Of a stretch of DNA of 64,000 bases, positions 50,125 through 60,799 are shown piece after piece (position 1 is the stretch's first letter; each line of letters begins with the position of its first letter). The notes beneath the pieces are model-generated. The model saw nothing but the letters and a program-made list of their open reading frames with translations, did not search any database and was not told where the DNA came from. The position numbers and the translations under genes were made by a program. The stretch is taken from the NCBI GenBank assembly GCA_019244185.1, contig JAFATB010000025.1:1-64000 (forward strand), given 5' to 3'. Origin of the DNA: Acidobacteriota bacterium. Lineage in GTDB: Bacteria > Acidobacteriota > Thermoanaerobaculia > Gp7-AA8.

Positions 50125-50823
50125 TCAGCGCGTTTCTGTTTCGAATTCGCGGACGGCCTGCAGCGACCGCAAGGCGTTCGTGAGCGAGCGTCCGGCGAAT
50201 TCGTCCATGAGGCGCTGCAACCGCGGCGAGCGCTCCGCGCGTGCCTCGTAACGGCGCGCGAGCCAGAGCAGCACGCCCGCCGCGGCGACGCCGAAGAGCA
50301 CGTTCAGGACGAGCCAGAGCACGAACGTTTCGTGCTGCGCGCCGACGGCGCCGAGAATGCGCCACAAATCGACGCCGAAGAATCCCTCGACGAGCACCAC
50401 GAGCACGGGAAACCAGCACACGAGCGAAACCATCATCGTCCAGCGGGTCGTGCGGATGCGGAGAATCCGCAGCTTCCCGAGCTCCTTCTGCACCGTCACG
50501 ACCGGCTGGCTGTAATCGAGACGCGCGAGCGCGGCGAGTTGCCGGATGCAGTTGCCGAGGTACGCGATCGCACCGCAATCGACGAGCAGCGCGGGCACGA
50601 GGAAGCGCGGCTCGCGCAGATGCGTAAACACGAAGTCGCCGAGCCACACGACGGCCACGATTGTCATCAGCAGCTCGAACGCGACGCCGCGGCCGAGCCA
50701 GCGCAGGCTCGCGTGCGTCTTATCCAGTTGCATCGCGCGCACGCGTGCGGCGTCGAGGCGCACGAGCCGGTCGAGCTTTTCGTCGTGTGCGGCGAGGCGC
50801 GCCTTCAGTTCATCGAGATCCAT
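50125..50823 (-). CDS. Multi-TM hypothetical protein, putative anti-sigma factor
   Basis: MDLDELK start, four TMs, overlaps the 3' end of the ECF sigma gene. Confidence 0.7.
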   Translation of the reverse strand: MDLDELKARLAAHDEKLDRLVRLDAARVRAMQLDKTHASLRWLGRGVAFELLMTIVAVVWLGDFVFTHLREPRFLVPALLVDCGAIAYLGNCIRQLAALARLDYSQPVVTVQKELGKLRILRIRTTRWTMMVSLVCWFPVLVVLVEGFFGVDLWRILGAVGAQHETFVLWLVLNVLFGVAAAGVLLWLARRYEARAERSPRLQRLMDEFAGRSLTNALRSLQAVREFETETR

Positions 50824-51340
50824 GAGCGTCTCCTTCCATCTCTTCCTTCAGTTTGTTTTTGACGCGGTTGATGCGCGTCGCGGCGTTGGTGGCGGTGATG
50901 CCGAGGATCTCCGCGGACTCGGCGTGGCTGTAGCCTTCGATGTAGAGCACGAGCAGCGCGCGACTGAGCTCGTCGAGCTTCGCGACGAGCCGTTGCAGCA
51001 CGCGCACGCCGTCGCCGGCCTCGCCCATCAGCCGGTCGGCCGCGGCGAAGTCGATGAGCTCGACGTCGTCGAGCGGTACGGTCTGCCTCGCGCCGCGGCT
51101 GCTGCCGCGCAGCGAGGAGATCGCGACGTTCATCGCGATGCGGTACATCCACGTCGAGAACTTGAAGCGCTCGTCGTAGCGCGGAAACGACCGCCACAGT
51201 TGCACGACGATCTCCTGCGCGAGATCGCGGCGATCTTCGGCGTTCGCGCAGTACGCGCTCGCAACCTTGTACAGAATCCGCTTGTGCCGTTCGAGCAGCG
51301 TCACGAAGCGTTCATCCACCACTGCGTCCGTCATCAACAT
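50810..51340 (-). CDS. ECF-type RNA polymerase sigma-70 factor
   Basis: DLAQEIVVQLWRS...KFSTWMYRIAMN; YIEGYSHAESAEILGIT..N...RINR. Confidence 0.92.
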   Translation of the reverse strand: MLMTDAVVDERFVTLLERHKRILYKVASAYCANAEDRRDLAQEIVVQLWRSFPRYDERFKFSTWMYRIAMNVAISSLRGSSRGARQTVPLDDVELIDFAAADRLMGEAGDGVRVLQRLVAKLDELSRALLVLYIEGYSHAESAEILGITATNAATRINRVKNKLKEEMEGDAHGSR

Positions 51341-51404
51341 CGAGCCTTCACTGCATGATTCGCTCGGAGGGGCCGAAGTATCACGAGCCCGCTACAATCC
51401 GCGC

Positions 51405-51827
51405 ATGAACAACCCGATCGTGCGCATCGTGGCCGGCATCGTCGCGGGAGCGATCGTGGCGATGGCCGTCATCTTCGGCTTCGAGTCGCTCAACCTCGTG
51501 TTGCATCCGCTGCCGCGCGGGATCGATCTCAGCGATCCGGCCGCGATGAAGGCATTCGCGGCGGCGGCGCCGGCGAGCGCGCTGCTGGTGGTGCTCGCGG
51601 GCTACGTGGTGGGCACGTTCGCGGGCGTGTTCGTGGCGGCGAAGGTGGCGCGCTCGCAGATCGCGGGCATCGTCGTGGCGCTGCTGCTCGTCGCCGCCGG
51701 GATCGTCAACATGCTGACCATTCCGCATCCGGTGTGGTTCTGGGCGTCGTCGCTCAGCGCGTACGTGGTGATGGCGTGGGCGGCGCTCGTCGCGGCGCGG
51801 ACGCGCGGCGCGGCGCTTGCGGCATAA
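51405..51827 (+). CDS. Small membrane hypothetical protein
   Basis: Start ATG 51405; four TMs; IPHPVWF motif. Confidence 0.75.
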   Translation: MNNPIVRIVAGIVAGAIVAMAVIFGFESLNLVLHPLPRGIDLSDPAAMKAFAAAAPASALLVVLAGYVVGTFAGVFVAAKVARSQIAGIVVALLLVAAGIVNMLTIPHPVWFWASSLSAYVVMAWAALVAARTRGAALAA

Positions 51828-51837
51828 TCCGCCGCGC

Positions 51838-52665
51838 ATGACTCGACCGATCGAAATCGCGCCCGGACTCTCGTTCGGCGGCGACCATCCTCCGCTGTTC
51901 ATCGCCGGCCCGTGCGTAATCGAGTCGCTCGACCACGCCCTGCGCATGGCCCGCACGCTCGTCGCGCTGCGTGACCAACTCGGCATCTCGCTCGTCTTCA
52001 AGTCGTCGTTCGACAAAGCGAACCGCTCGTCGATCGAGTCGTTCCGCGGACCGGGACTGGAGGAAGGGCTGAAGGTGCTGCGCGCGGTGAAAGAAGAAAC
52101 GGGATTGCCGCTGCTGTCGGACGTTCACGAGCCGTGGCAGGCGGAGCCCGCCGCGGAAGTCCTCGACATCCTCCAGATCCCGGCGTTCCTCTGCCGTCAG
52201 ACCGATCTCGTCGCCGCGGCCGCGCGGACGGGTAAGGCCGTCGGCGTGAAGAAGGGACAGTTCCTCTCGCCCGAGGAGACGAAGAACATTCTCGAGAAAG
52301 GCGCGGAAGTCGGGAACGAGAAGATCTTCATCACGGAGCGCGGCAGCTCGTTCGGCTATCAGAACCTCGTCGTCGACATGCGCGCGTTTCCGATCGTGCG
52401 CGGGTTCGGCGCGCCGGTGGTCTACGACATCACGCACTCGATGCAGAAGCCGGGCGGCGAAGGGAAGCAGACCGGCGGCACGCCGCAGTTCGCGCGTCCG
52501 CTGGCGCGCGCGGCGGCGGCGGCGGGAGCGGACGGCTTCTTCATGGAAGTGCACGACGATCCTCCGCACGCGCTGTCGGACCGCACGACGCAGATCCGTC
52601 CCGACGCCGCGCGCGCGATCATCGAGGACGTGTTGAAGATCCGCGCGGCGCTCGAGCCGATCTGA
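51838..52665 (+). CDS. kdsA: KDO 8-phosphate synthase
   Basis: Start ATG 51838; IAGPCVIES, KSSFDKANRSS, QIPAFLCRQTDL, KKGQFL, DITHS. Confidence 0.97.
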   Translation: MTRPIEIAPGLSFGGDHPPLFIAGPCVIESLDHALRMARTLVALRDQLGISLVFKSSFDKANRSSIESFRGPGLEEGLKVLRAVKEETGLPLLSDVHEPWQAEPAAEVLDILQIPAFLCRQTDLVAAAARTGKAVGVKKGQFLSPEETKNILEKGAEVGNEKIFITERGSSFGYQNLVVDMRAFPIVRGFGAPVVYDITHSMQKPGGEGKQTGGTPQFARPLARAAAAAGADGFFMEVHDDPPHALSDRTTQIRPDAARAIIEDVLKIRAALEPI

Positions 52666-52678
52666 GGCGTTCTTCATC

Positions 52679-54367
52679 GTGAAAGCGCGCTACGTCGCCG
52701 GCCTGCTCGTCGCGCTGTTCGCGCTGCTCACGCTGCTCGATCGCTTCGTCCTCATCGAGCTGCTCGTACGGCGCGTGTCGCTGCCGCTGCTGTTCGCGTG
52801 CGTGGCGGCGGTCGCGTGCATCGGCGTCGGCGCACTGGCGCGGCGCGCGGCGCGCGTCGATCTCGCGCTCGATTTTCTGATCGGCTATCCGCTGTTCGGC
52901 GCGCTCTGTTTTCTCGTCGCGCTGCTGAAGATCTCGGCGTGGACGATGGCGCCGCTGCTCATCGTCGGCGCGCTCGCCGGCGTGCGGCTGATGCTCGTGC
53001 CGGGACTCGCGCCGCTCGCGCTGCCGCGCGGCAACGCGGCGCTCCTCGCGATCGTGGCGGTGTTCGCATGCGCGTTCGTTGCGGCGCAGGCGCCGCCGGC
53101 GTCGCTCGACGAGGTGGCGTATCACCTCGCCGTGCCGCACACGTGGGCGCTGGAAGGGCGCGCGGTCGAGCTGCCGCTGCTGTCGCATTCGTACTTTCCG
53201 CTCGGCATCGAGTCCGCCGACCTTCCCTTTTTCGCGTTCGGCGACGACGGCGTCGCCTCGCATCTGCTGCATCTCTTCGCCGCGATCGTCGTCGCGCTGC
53301 TGCTCGCGCGCAGGACGGAGTCGTGGCTCGCGGTGGCGGCCATCGTGACGACGCCCGCGCTCGCGGTGACGGCCGGCTGGTCGCTGGTCGACTGGCCGCT
53401 GGTCGGACTCTTTCTCGCGCTCTGGCTCGCGGATGACGACTGGACCGCGTCCGCCGCGACCGCCGCGGGGCTGCTCGTGAAGTACACGTTCGCGCCGTTC
53501 GCGCTCGTGGTGTGGGCGATCCGCCGCCGCGTTCCGCGTTGGATCGCGTTCGCGGGCCTCGTGTTCTTCGTCCGCAATCTCGTGCTCACCGGCAATCCGA
53601 TCGCGCCGTTCTTCAGCGCCGGTGCGCCCGCGGTCACGCACTTCCGCGACGTCGCGCTCGCCGACTACGTTTTCTCCGGCACGTTCCTCGACGAATCGAT
53701 CGGCGCGTGCCTCCTCGCGCTGGCGCCGTTCGCCGCCGGCATCATCCCGCTCGCCGTCCTTGCACTCGCGATCGCACTCTTTCTCCTCGGACCCTCCTCG
53801 CGCATTCTCGTGCCGTACCTCGTCGTCCCCGCCGCGAGCGGCGCGCCGGCGTTGCAGCGGCGGCTGCTGATGATCGTGGTGTCGGTCGCCGTCGTCGTGC
53901 AGACGTTCTTCGTGGTCTGGTTCACCGCGCGCGGCGATGCGTTCTCGCTGCTCGCCGGCGGGAAATCGGAAGAGGAGTATCTGCGGCGGCAGCGGCCGTC
54001 GTACGCGGCGACGGAGTGGCTGAACACCGTGCTGCCGCCGCATTCGCGCACGCTCGTCATCGGCTCGGGCGAGACGTACTGGTTCACGCGACGCGTGCGC
54101 GGCGGCGGCAACTTCGACGGCGCGCGCGTGTCGCGCTATCTCGACGTGCCGACGGCGGAAGCGCTGCGCGAACGGCTGCGCCGCGACGGCATCACGCACG
54201 TGGCCGTGCTTTCCGTGAGCGCGCCGGCGACGAAGGACGAACGCAAAGAAGAAGAGCGCGACACGACGCTCTCGCCCAACGCGCAGAAATTGCTCGTGCG
54301 GATGCTCGACCAGAACGCGGCGAGCCTGATGTCGCGCGGCAACGCGACGCTGTTCACGCTGCGCTAG
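52679..54367 (+). CDS. Polytopic membrane protein, GT-C glycosyltransferase-like
   Basis: DEVAYHL.VP; many TMs; KYT; RNLVLTGNPIAPF; LRRDGITHV. Confidence 0.65.
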   Translation: MKARYVAGLLVALFALLTLLDRFVLIELLVRRVSLPLLFACVAAVACIGVGALARRAARVDLALDFLIGYPLFGALCFLVALLKISAWTMAPLLIVGALAGVRLMLVPGLAPLALPRGNAALLAIVAVFACAFVAAQAPPASLDEVAYHLAVPHTWALEGRAVELPLLSHSYFPLGIESADLPFFAFGDDGVASHLLHLFAAIVVALLLARRTESWLAVAAIVTTPALAVTAGWSLVDWPLVGLFLALWLADDDWTASAATAAGLLVKYTFAPFALVVWAIRRRVPRWIAFAGLVFFVRNLVLTGNPIAPFFSAGAPAVTHFRDVALADYVFSGTFLDESIGACLLALAPFAAGIIPLAVLALAIALFLLGPSSRILVPYLVVPAASGAPALQRRLLMIVVSVAVVVQTFFVVWFTARGDAFSLLAGGKSEEEYLRRQRPSYAATEWLNTVLPPHSRTLVIGSGETYWFTRRVRGGGNFDGARVSRYLDVPTAEALRERLRRDGITHVAVLSVSAPATKDERKEEERDTTLSPNAQKLLVRMLDQNAASLMSRGNATLFTLR

Positions 54368-54381
54368 TAAGACGCTCGCGC

Positions 54382-54419
54382 AAAAACAAAAGCGGCAGGC
54401 GACGCATCGCCTGCCGCTT
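54382..54419 (-). terminator. Rho-independent terminator of metK
   Basis: 13-bp stem AAGCGGCAGGCGA-cgca-TCGCCTGCCGCTT followed on the minus strand by TTTGTTTTT. Confidence 0.85.
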
Positions 54420-54440
54420 CGAAACGTTTGCGAAATTACG

Positions 54441-55607
54441 TTAGACGCCGACGGTGGCTTCGACGCCCGCGGCCGCGCGCAGCGCGTCGGCCTTGTCCGT
54501 CTGCTCCCACGAGAACTCCGACTCGTTGCGGCCGAAGTGGCCGTACGCGGCGGTTTTCTTGAAGATCGGACGGCGCAGGTTGAGCGATTCCATGATGCCG
54601 CGCGGCGTCATCTGGAAGTGCTCGCGCACGAGGTCGACGAGGCGCGGCACTTCGACCTTGCCGGTGCCGAACGTGTCGACGTAGACCGACACCGGCTCGG
54701 CGACGCCGATCGCGTACGCGAGCTGCACTTCGACCTCGTCCGCGAGGCCCGCGGCGACGAGGTTCTTGGCGATGTAGCGGGCCATGTAGCACGCCGAGCG
54801 GTCGACCTTCGTGGGGTCTTTGCCCGAGAACGCGCCGCCGCCGTGACGTCCACGGCCGCCGTACGTGTCGACGATGATCTTGCGGCCGGTGAGGCCGGTG
54901 TCGCCCTGCGGCCCGCCGATGACGAAGCGACCGGTCGGGTTGATGTGGAAGACGGTCTTCTCGTCGATCAGCTCACCGGGGACGGCGTGGCGGATGACCT
55001 TGTCGAGGATCGCGTCGTGGAGGTCGCGGTTGCTGACGTTCGGCGAGTGCTGCGTCGAGATGACGATCGCGCTCGCGCGCACGGGGCGCTTGCCCTCGTA
55101 TTCGATCGTGACCTGCGACTTGCCGTCGGGACGGAGGAAGTCGAGCTCACCCGACTTGCGGACGTCCGTCAGCCGGCGCACGAGCTTGTGCGCGAGCGAG
55201 ATCGGCAGCGGCATGAGCTCGGTGGTCTCGCGGACGGCGTAGCCGAACATGAGACCCTGATCGCCGGCGCCGCCGGTGTCGACGCCCTGCGCGATGTCGG
55301 GCGACTGCGGGTCGATCGAGGAAATGACGGCGCAGGTCTCGCTGTCGAAACCGTACTTCGCGCGCGTGTAGCCGATCTCGCGGATGGTGTTGCGGACGAT
55401 CGACGGAAAGTCGACATACGTCTTCGTGGTGATCTCGCCGGAGATCATGGCCAGACCGGTCGTGACGAGCGTCTCACACGCGACGCGGCCGACGGGATCC
55501 TCGGCGAGCACGGCGTCGAGAATCGCATCGGAGATCTGGTCGGCGATCTTGTCCGGATGCCCCTCGGTGACGGATTCCGAGGTGAAAAGGGTCCTGTAAT
55601 TCGGCAT
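54441..55607 (-). CDS. metK: S-adenosylmethionine synthetase
   Basis: Start ATG 55607; [35 protein letters not shown]. Confidence 0.98.
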   Translation of the reverse strand: MPNYRTLFTSESVTEGHPDKIADQISDAILDAVLAEDPVGRVACETLVTTGLAMISGEITTKTYVDFPSIVRNTIREIGYTRAKYGFDSETCAVISSIDPQSPDIAQGVDTGGAGDQGLMFGYAVRETTELMPLPISLAHKLVRRLTDVRKSGELDFLRPDGKSQVTIEYEGKRPVRASAIVISTQHSPNVSNRDLHDAILDKVIRHAVPGELIDEKTVFHINPTGRFVIGGPQGDTGLTGRKIIVDTYGGRGRHGGGAFSGKDPTKVDRSACYMARYIAKNLVAAGLADEVEVQLAYAIGVAEPVSVYVDTFGTGKVEVPRLVDLVREHFQMTPRGIMESLNLRRPIFKKTAAYGHFGRNESEFSWEQTDKADALRAAAGVEATVGV

Positions 55608-55719
55608 GCGTTCAGTGCTCCTGTTGGACGACTTGAGAATCGTGGAATCGTAGCACAGAGCATCGCCCCGGCAGGGCGCGGACGGCGTGCGGCGCTCCGT
55701 TTGCACAGTCCGGCTCGCG

Positions 55720-57441
55720 ATGCTGAAGACCCGCAATCTCGGAACGTACCGAGACCTGCTCCTGCTGTTCACGCGCTACGGCCGGAAGGACTTCCGGATC
55801 GCCCTCAGCCCGGAAGACGTCTTTTCCGCCGAGACGGACGCCGCCGCACCGACCGAGCCGGACGTCCGCGCGCGCGCCGAAGCGTTCGCGAAGGCGCTCA
55901 AGCAGATGGGACCGACCTACGTGAAGTTCGGTCAGCTGCTCTCGACGCGGCCCGACATCGTGCCGCAGGAGTACATCCTCGCGCTCGAGTCGCTGCAGGA
56001 CCAGCTCGAGCCGTTCTCGTTCGCGGAAGTCGAGAAGATCGTCGAAGAGGAGCTCGGCGTCCGCATCTCGAAAGCGTTCGAGTATTTCGATTCCACCCCG
56101 CTCGCGGCCGCGTCGCTCGGCCAGGTGCATCGTGCGGCGCTGCGCCACAGCAACGGCGAGATCCGCGAGGTCGTGGTCAAGGTGCAGCGCCCGAACGTGC
56201 GCGAGCAGGTCCGCCACGATCTCGAAGTCTTCACCGAGATCGCCGCGGAGATGGACAAGCACACCGACGTCGGCCGCAAGATGAACCTCGTCGGCGCGGT
56301 CGAGCAGGCGAAAGTCGTACTGTACGGCGAGCTCAATTACCTGCAGGAAGCGCGCAACACGGAGATCCTGCGCGAGCATCTCGCCGACTTTCCGCAGATC
56401 TACATCCCCGCGGTCATTCACGACTTCAGCTCGCCGCGCGTGCTGACGACGGAGCTCGTGCGCGGGCGCAAGGTCTCGAAGCTCACGCCTCTGGCGATGA
56501 TCGAGAACAACTACGCCGAGCTCGCGTCCGTGCTCACGCAGGCGTATCTCAAGCAGATCTGCGTCGACGGGATGTGGCACAGCGATCCGCATCCCGGCAA
56601 CATCTTCATCCGAGAGAACCCCGAGACCGAAGACGGCGCGCCGCAGGTCGTGCTGCTCGACTTCGGCATGACCAGCCGCATCAGCACGGAGTTTCAGGAC
56701 GAGGTCATCAAGCTGCTGCTTTCGATCTCGTCGAACCGGGGAACGGAGACGGCGGAAGCGTGCATCCGCATGTCGGAGATCCAGGAGCGCTTCGACCCGG
56801 TGAAGTTCACGCGCGAGATCTCGACGATCGTCGCCGCGGTGCACGACGTCAGCGCGAGCGATCTCAACACCGGGCAGCTGATCTTCAACGTCATCACGCT
56901 CGCGAACTCGAACGAGCTGAAGGTGCCGGCCGAGCTGACGATGCTCGCCAAGACGCTGCTGCACCTCGACGCGATCACGAAGAAGCTCGATCCGAACTTC
57001 GATCCGCAGCGCGTGATCCGCGACTACGCGGAGCGGCTGATCAGCCAGAAGCTCGCGCAGAAATTCAATCCGCGTAATTTCTATCCGGCGCTGCTCGACC
57101 TCAATCAGCTCGTGCTCGATCTGCCGCGGCGCACGCGCGAGATCATCGATCTCACGGCCGCGGGCAAGCTCGCCCTGACGATCAAGCTCTCGCAGGCGGA
57201 AGAGTTCCTCGCCGGCATCCACAAGGTCGCGAACCGCATCACCATCGGCGTGGTCATCGCGGCGCTGCTCGTGTCGTCGTCGATGATGATGCGCGTGCCG
57301 AGCCGCTTCACGATCTTCGGCTATCCCGGCCTCGCGGTGTTCGGCTATCTCCTCGCCAGCGCCGCGGCGTTCTACCTGATCCTCTCGACGCTCATCCGCG
57401 ACCGGAAGGATCAGGAGCGCGCAAAAATGAAAAGCAAGTGA
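55720..57441 (+). CDS. AarF/UbiB/ABC1-family atypical kinase
   Basis: Start ATG 55720; [43 protein letters not shown]; C-terminal TMs. Confidence 0.93.
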   Translation: MLKTRNLGTYRDLLLLFTRYGRKDFRIALSPEDVFSAETDAAAPTEPDVRARAEAFAKALKQMGPTYVKFGQLLSTRPDIVPQEYILALESLQDQLEPFSFAEVEKIVEEELGVRISKAFEYFDSTPLAAASLGQVHRAALRHSNGEIREVVVKVQRPNVREQVRHDLEVFTEIAAEMDKHTDVGRKMNLVGAVEQAKVVLYGELNYLQEARNTEILREHLADFPQIYIPAVIHDFSSPRVLTTELVRGRKVSKLTPLAMIENNYAELASVLTQAYLKQICVDGMWHSDPHPGNIFIRENPETEDGAPQVVLLDFGMTSRISTEFQDEVIKLLLSISSNRGTETAEACIRMSEIQERFDPVKFTREISTIVAAVHDVSASDLNTGQLIFNVITLANSNELKVPAELTMLAKTLLHLDAITKKLDPNFDPQRVIRDYAERLISQKLAQKFNPRNFYPALLDLNQLVLDLPRRTREIIDLTAAGKLALTIKLSQAEEFLAGIHKVANRITIGVVIAALLVSSSMMMRVPSRFTIFGYPGLAVFGYLLASAAAFYLILSTLIRDRKDQERAKMKSK

Positions 57442-57574
57442 CGGATGAACATTCGCCCGCTGTCAGGCGTCACAGCATTACGTGTGGTGCGCCTGCATTA
57501 TGGCGATCATGCCTCAGGCGCGTACAATCTCCGCGGCTCCCAGACAATTTACGTTCGGGCCGCGGAGGCGCGTC

Positions 57575-60052
57575 ATGCAGCTGTCCGGCAGGCGGTTTGG
57601 TCACATCCGCGTCGCCGAGCCGATCGGCGAAGGCGGGATGGGCTTGGTGTACGCGGGCTTCGACGAGACGCTGCACCGCCGCGTCGCGGTCAAGGTTCTG
57701 CAGGATGATCAGCGGCTCGATCCGGAGGCACGCGCAAGACTGATCCGCGAGGCGCGGTCGCTGTCGCGGCTCGATCATCCGAACATCTGCCGCATCCACG
57801 ACTACATCGAAGGCGACGAAGCCGATCTGCTCGTTCTCGAGTTCATCGAGGGCAAGACGCTGCATCAGCTCGCGGAGCCGGGCCTCGCGCGCGCGGAGAA
57901 GCTGCGCATCGCCGCCGCCGTCGCGGAAGTGCTCGTCGCCGCACACCGCCGCGGCATCATCCACCGCGATCTCAAGCCGGACAACGTGATGGTCACCGAC
58001 TCGGGTGAAGTGAAGGTGCTCGACTTCGGCCTCGCGCGCTGGACGGAAGACCGCACGCGCTCGCTGCAGATGAACGCCGCGCGGCTGCATGTCGTCGACA
58101 GCAGCGGCACCGACGACGCCGACGCCGGCAGCTCCGGCGACACGGATGCCGCCGACTCCGACCTGACGGTGGTCGGTCTCACGATGGGCACGCCGATGTA
58201 CATGAGTCCCGAGCAGGCGCGCGGCAAGCCGCTGACGCCGGCGAGCGACATGTACTCGTTCGGCCTGCTGCTGCAGGCGCTCTTCACGGGACGCGAGCCG
58301 TACGACGACACGCTCGGCGCACGTCAGGTGATCCTCGAAGCCGCGCAGGGCCGCTCGTTGCCCGTGAAGAACGTGCCGCGCGACATCACGGCGCTGATCC
58401 AGAACCTCAAGCAGCTCGCGCCCACCGATCGGCCGACGGCAGCGGAGACGCTGCGCCGGCTGCGCGAGCTGATTGCGAAGCCGCGCCGCATCGCGCAGCT
58501 CGCTGCCGCGGCGCTGCTCTTCGCGATCGTGGTCGCGGGCGTCGTGAAGTACACGATCGATCTGCGCCGCGAGCGCGCGGCGGCCGTCGCCGCCGAGAAA
58601 CGCGCCACCGCCGCGCAGAACGAGGCCGCGCAACGGCGCGCGCAGGCGGAAGACCTCATCAACTTCATGGTCGGCGATCTGCGCAAGAAGCTCGAGCCGG
58701 TCGGTCGTCTCGACGTGCTCGACGACGTCGGCGCGCGCGCGGTCGCCTACTCCGGCTCGCTGCAGCCGGAGCGGATGTCCGCCGACGAGCTCGCGCGCAA
58801 CGCGAAGGCCCTCAATCAGCTCGGCGACGTGCGCGTCGCGCAGGGACGTCTCGCCGACGCGACCACGATTTTCGCGCGCGCTCTCACACTCGCCTCGGCG
58901 GCCGTGCAGAAGGCGCCGCGCAGCGAGGCCGCGCAGCTCGCGCTGATGAACGCGCACTTCTACGTCGGCGAGGCCGCGCGCCTGCACGGCGACGCGCCGG
59001 CGGCGCTGAAGGAAAACGAGCGCTATCTCGCGACGGCGCAGCGCCTCGTCGCGGACTTTCCGTTCAACGACGACTACCGCATCGAGGAAGCGTACGCACA
59101 CGCGAACGTCGGCACGCTGCTGATGCTGCAGGGCGATTACGCCGGCGCCGGAAAACACTTCGAGGAAACGCTGCGCATCAAGCGCGCGCGGCTCGAACGC
59201 GATCCGTCGAACGTCGAATGGCAGGCCGACCTGGCGAACACGATCAACAAGCTCGGCGTGAACCTGCAGCGCACCGGCAATCTCACCGGCGCGCGGGGGC
59301 AGTTCGAGGAGCAGAAGCGCATCACCGAACAGCTCGTGGCGCGCGCGCCCTCCAACGCGCAGTGGAAGCGCCGTCTCGAGATCAGCCACGCCTACCTCGC
59401 CGCCGCCCTCACGAGCCTCGGCGACCTCGAAGCCTCCCAGCGCGAGACCGAGGCGCAGCTCGCGCTCGAACGCGAGCTCGTGAAGCTCGATCCGCAGAAT
59501 GCCGAATGGCTGCGCGCCCGCGCGCTGACGACGATCCGGCTCGCGGGGCTGCATGCGCGTCGCGGTCTCGCCGCGCAGTCCGCCGCGGAATTCCGCGAAG
59601 GCATCGCTCAGCTCGAAGACGTCGTGCGGCGCGCGCCCGATCGCGTCGCCTATCGTGAAGATCTGGCGGTCGCGCTCGCGCGCGACGCGCGCTTCCGCTT
59701 CAGCCGCGGCGAGACCCGCGAGGCGCGGCAGCAATGGACGCGCGCGTGGTCGCTGCTGGACGTCGCCCAGTCCCGTGAGGTGTCGGCGCTGCAGGACGCG
59801 GCCGGCGTGCTGCTCGACGGCGCGACGCTCGCCGAAGATGCGGCGACGAAAACGCAGCGGCTCGATCGCGCGGCCGCGCTGCTCGACGCGCCGCCGCTCG
59901 CGCGTTCATCGGATCCCGACACCGACGCGCTGCGCGCGCGTCTCTTCGTCGCGCGCGGACGCCGCGACGCCGCCGCGCCGCTCGTCGCGCGGCTGGACGC
60001 GATCGGCTACCACCATCCCGACTACGAGGCGGCCGTACGAGGCGGCCGGTAG
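57575..60052 (+). CDS. Hanks-type Ser/Thr protein kinase with TM segment and TPR sensor region
   Basis: Start ATG 57575 (GGAGG SD); GEGGMGLVY, VAVK, HRDLKPDN, DFG, GTPMYMSPE; TM; TPR-like repeats. Confidence 0.93.
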   Translation: MQLSGRRFGHIRVAEPIGEGGMGLVYAGFDETLHRRVAVKVLQDDQRLDPEARARLIREARSLSRLDHPNICRIHDYIEGDEADLLVLEFIEGKTLHQLAEPGLARAEKLRIAAAVAEVLVAAHRRGIIHRDLKPDNVMVTDSGEVKVLDFGLARWTEDRTRSLQMNAARLHVVDSSGTDDADAGSSGDTDAADSDLTVVGLTMGTPMYMSPEQARGKPLTPASDMYSFGLLLQALFTGREPYDDTLGARQVILEAAQGRSLPVKNVPRDITALIQNLKQLAPTDRPTAAETLRRLRELIAKPRRIAQLAAAALLFAIVVAGVVKYTIDLRRERAAAVAAEKRATAAQNEAAQRRAQAEDLINFMVGDLRKKLEPVGRLDVLDDVGARAVAYSGSLQPERMSADELARNAKALNQLGDVRVAQGRLADATTIFARALTLASAAVQKAPRSEAAQLALMNAHFYVGEAARLHGDAPAALKENERYLATAQRLVADFPFNDDYRIEEAYAHANVGTLLMLQGDYAGAGKHFEETLRIKRARLERDPSNVEWQADLANTINKLGVNLQRTGNLTGARGQFEEQKRITEQLVARAPSNAQWKRRLEISHAYLAAALTSLGDLEASQRETEAQLALERELVKLDPQNAEWLRARALTTIRLAGLHARRGLAAQSAAEFREGIAQLEDVVRRAPDRVAYREDLAVALARDARFRFSRGETREARQQWTRAWSLLDVAQSREVSALQDAAGVLLDGATLAEDAATKTQRLDRAAALLDAPPLARSSDPDTDALRARLFVARGRRDAAAPLVARLDAIGYHHPDYEAAVRGGR

Positions 60053-60088
60053 CGCAGAGGAGACCTGCATGCAGAAAGTGAGGAACTC

Positions 60089-60433
60089 ATGACCGTCAAA
60101 AACTATCTCGTCTCCGTCACCTTCAACGAAACGATCAACGGTCCGGTGTGGCTGATCGAGCCCTCGCGGCTCGTCGTCGACGCAGCAGACGCCGCGATCT
60201 ACTTCACCTGGACCTCGCTCACCGCGCCCGATACGAGCATCGCGTTCAGCTGGCAGGTCGTGTCCGCGCCGGTGACGACGCAGACGAGCACCAACCCGTT
60301 CCAGACGGTCGTGACGCTCACGAACGAGGTCACGGAAACGCAGACGCTGGCGTACCGGCTGTGGGCGGACATCGAGCATCTCGTGATCGTGTCGCACGAC
60401 CCCGAGATCGTGCTCGAGCCGCCGCACCCATGA
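60089..60433 (+). CDS. Small beta-rich protein ending DPEIVLEPP (DP-EP-like)
   Basis: 114 aa; GAGGAA SD; C-terminus SHDPEIVLEPPHP. Confidence 0.75.
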   Translation: MTVKNYLVSVTFNETINGPVWLIEPSRLVVDAADAAIYFTWTSLTAPDTSIAFSWQVVSAPVTTQTSTNPFQTVVTLTNEVTETQTLAYRLWADIEHLVIVSHDPEIVLEPPHP

Positions 60434-60496
60434 GGTATCGACGCGGGTCTTCACCGCCGCACTCACGACCGCTGCAAGAACGAGAGGGGCAGAGCC

Positions 60497-60799
60497 ATGG
60501 CCACCGTGTATGAATTCGAAGTCGATCTCGTCGACGATAAAATTAAGGTCACGCCCGATACCCAGAGGATCGACGCCGCCGATGTCGAGTTGCGTTTCAA
60601 CGGATCGGAAATCCTCGTCGAGGATCTGAAGTTCGCGTGGAAGACGTCGCCGGCGCCGGCGGTCACGCAATCCGACGACAACCCGCTCGTCGTGACGTTC
60701 ACGAACGACTTCACCACGGAGACGACCTTGACTTACGAACTCTCCGAGAAATTTGCCTTCAGGAAAGATCCCGAGATCGTGCTCGAGCCGCCGCGCTGA
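60497..60799 (+). CDS. Small beta-rich protein ending DPEIVLEPP (paralogue)
   Basis: 100 aa; GAGGGG SD; C-terminus RKDPEIVLEPPR. Confidence 0.75.
   Translation: MATVYEFEVDLVDDKIKVTPDTQRIDAADVELRFNGSEILVEDLKFAWKTSPAPAVTQSDDNPLVVTFTNDFTTETTLTYELSEKFAFRKDPEIVLEPPR

Noticed and set aside
55608-55719. SAM riboswitch upstream of metK
   Set aside because: The gap is ~110 bp, holds divergent promoters, and shows no recognisable SAM-I/II consensus.
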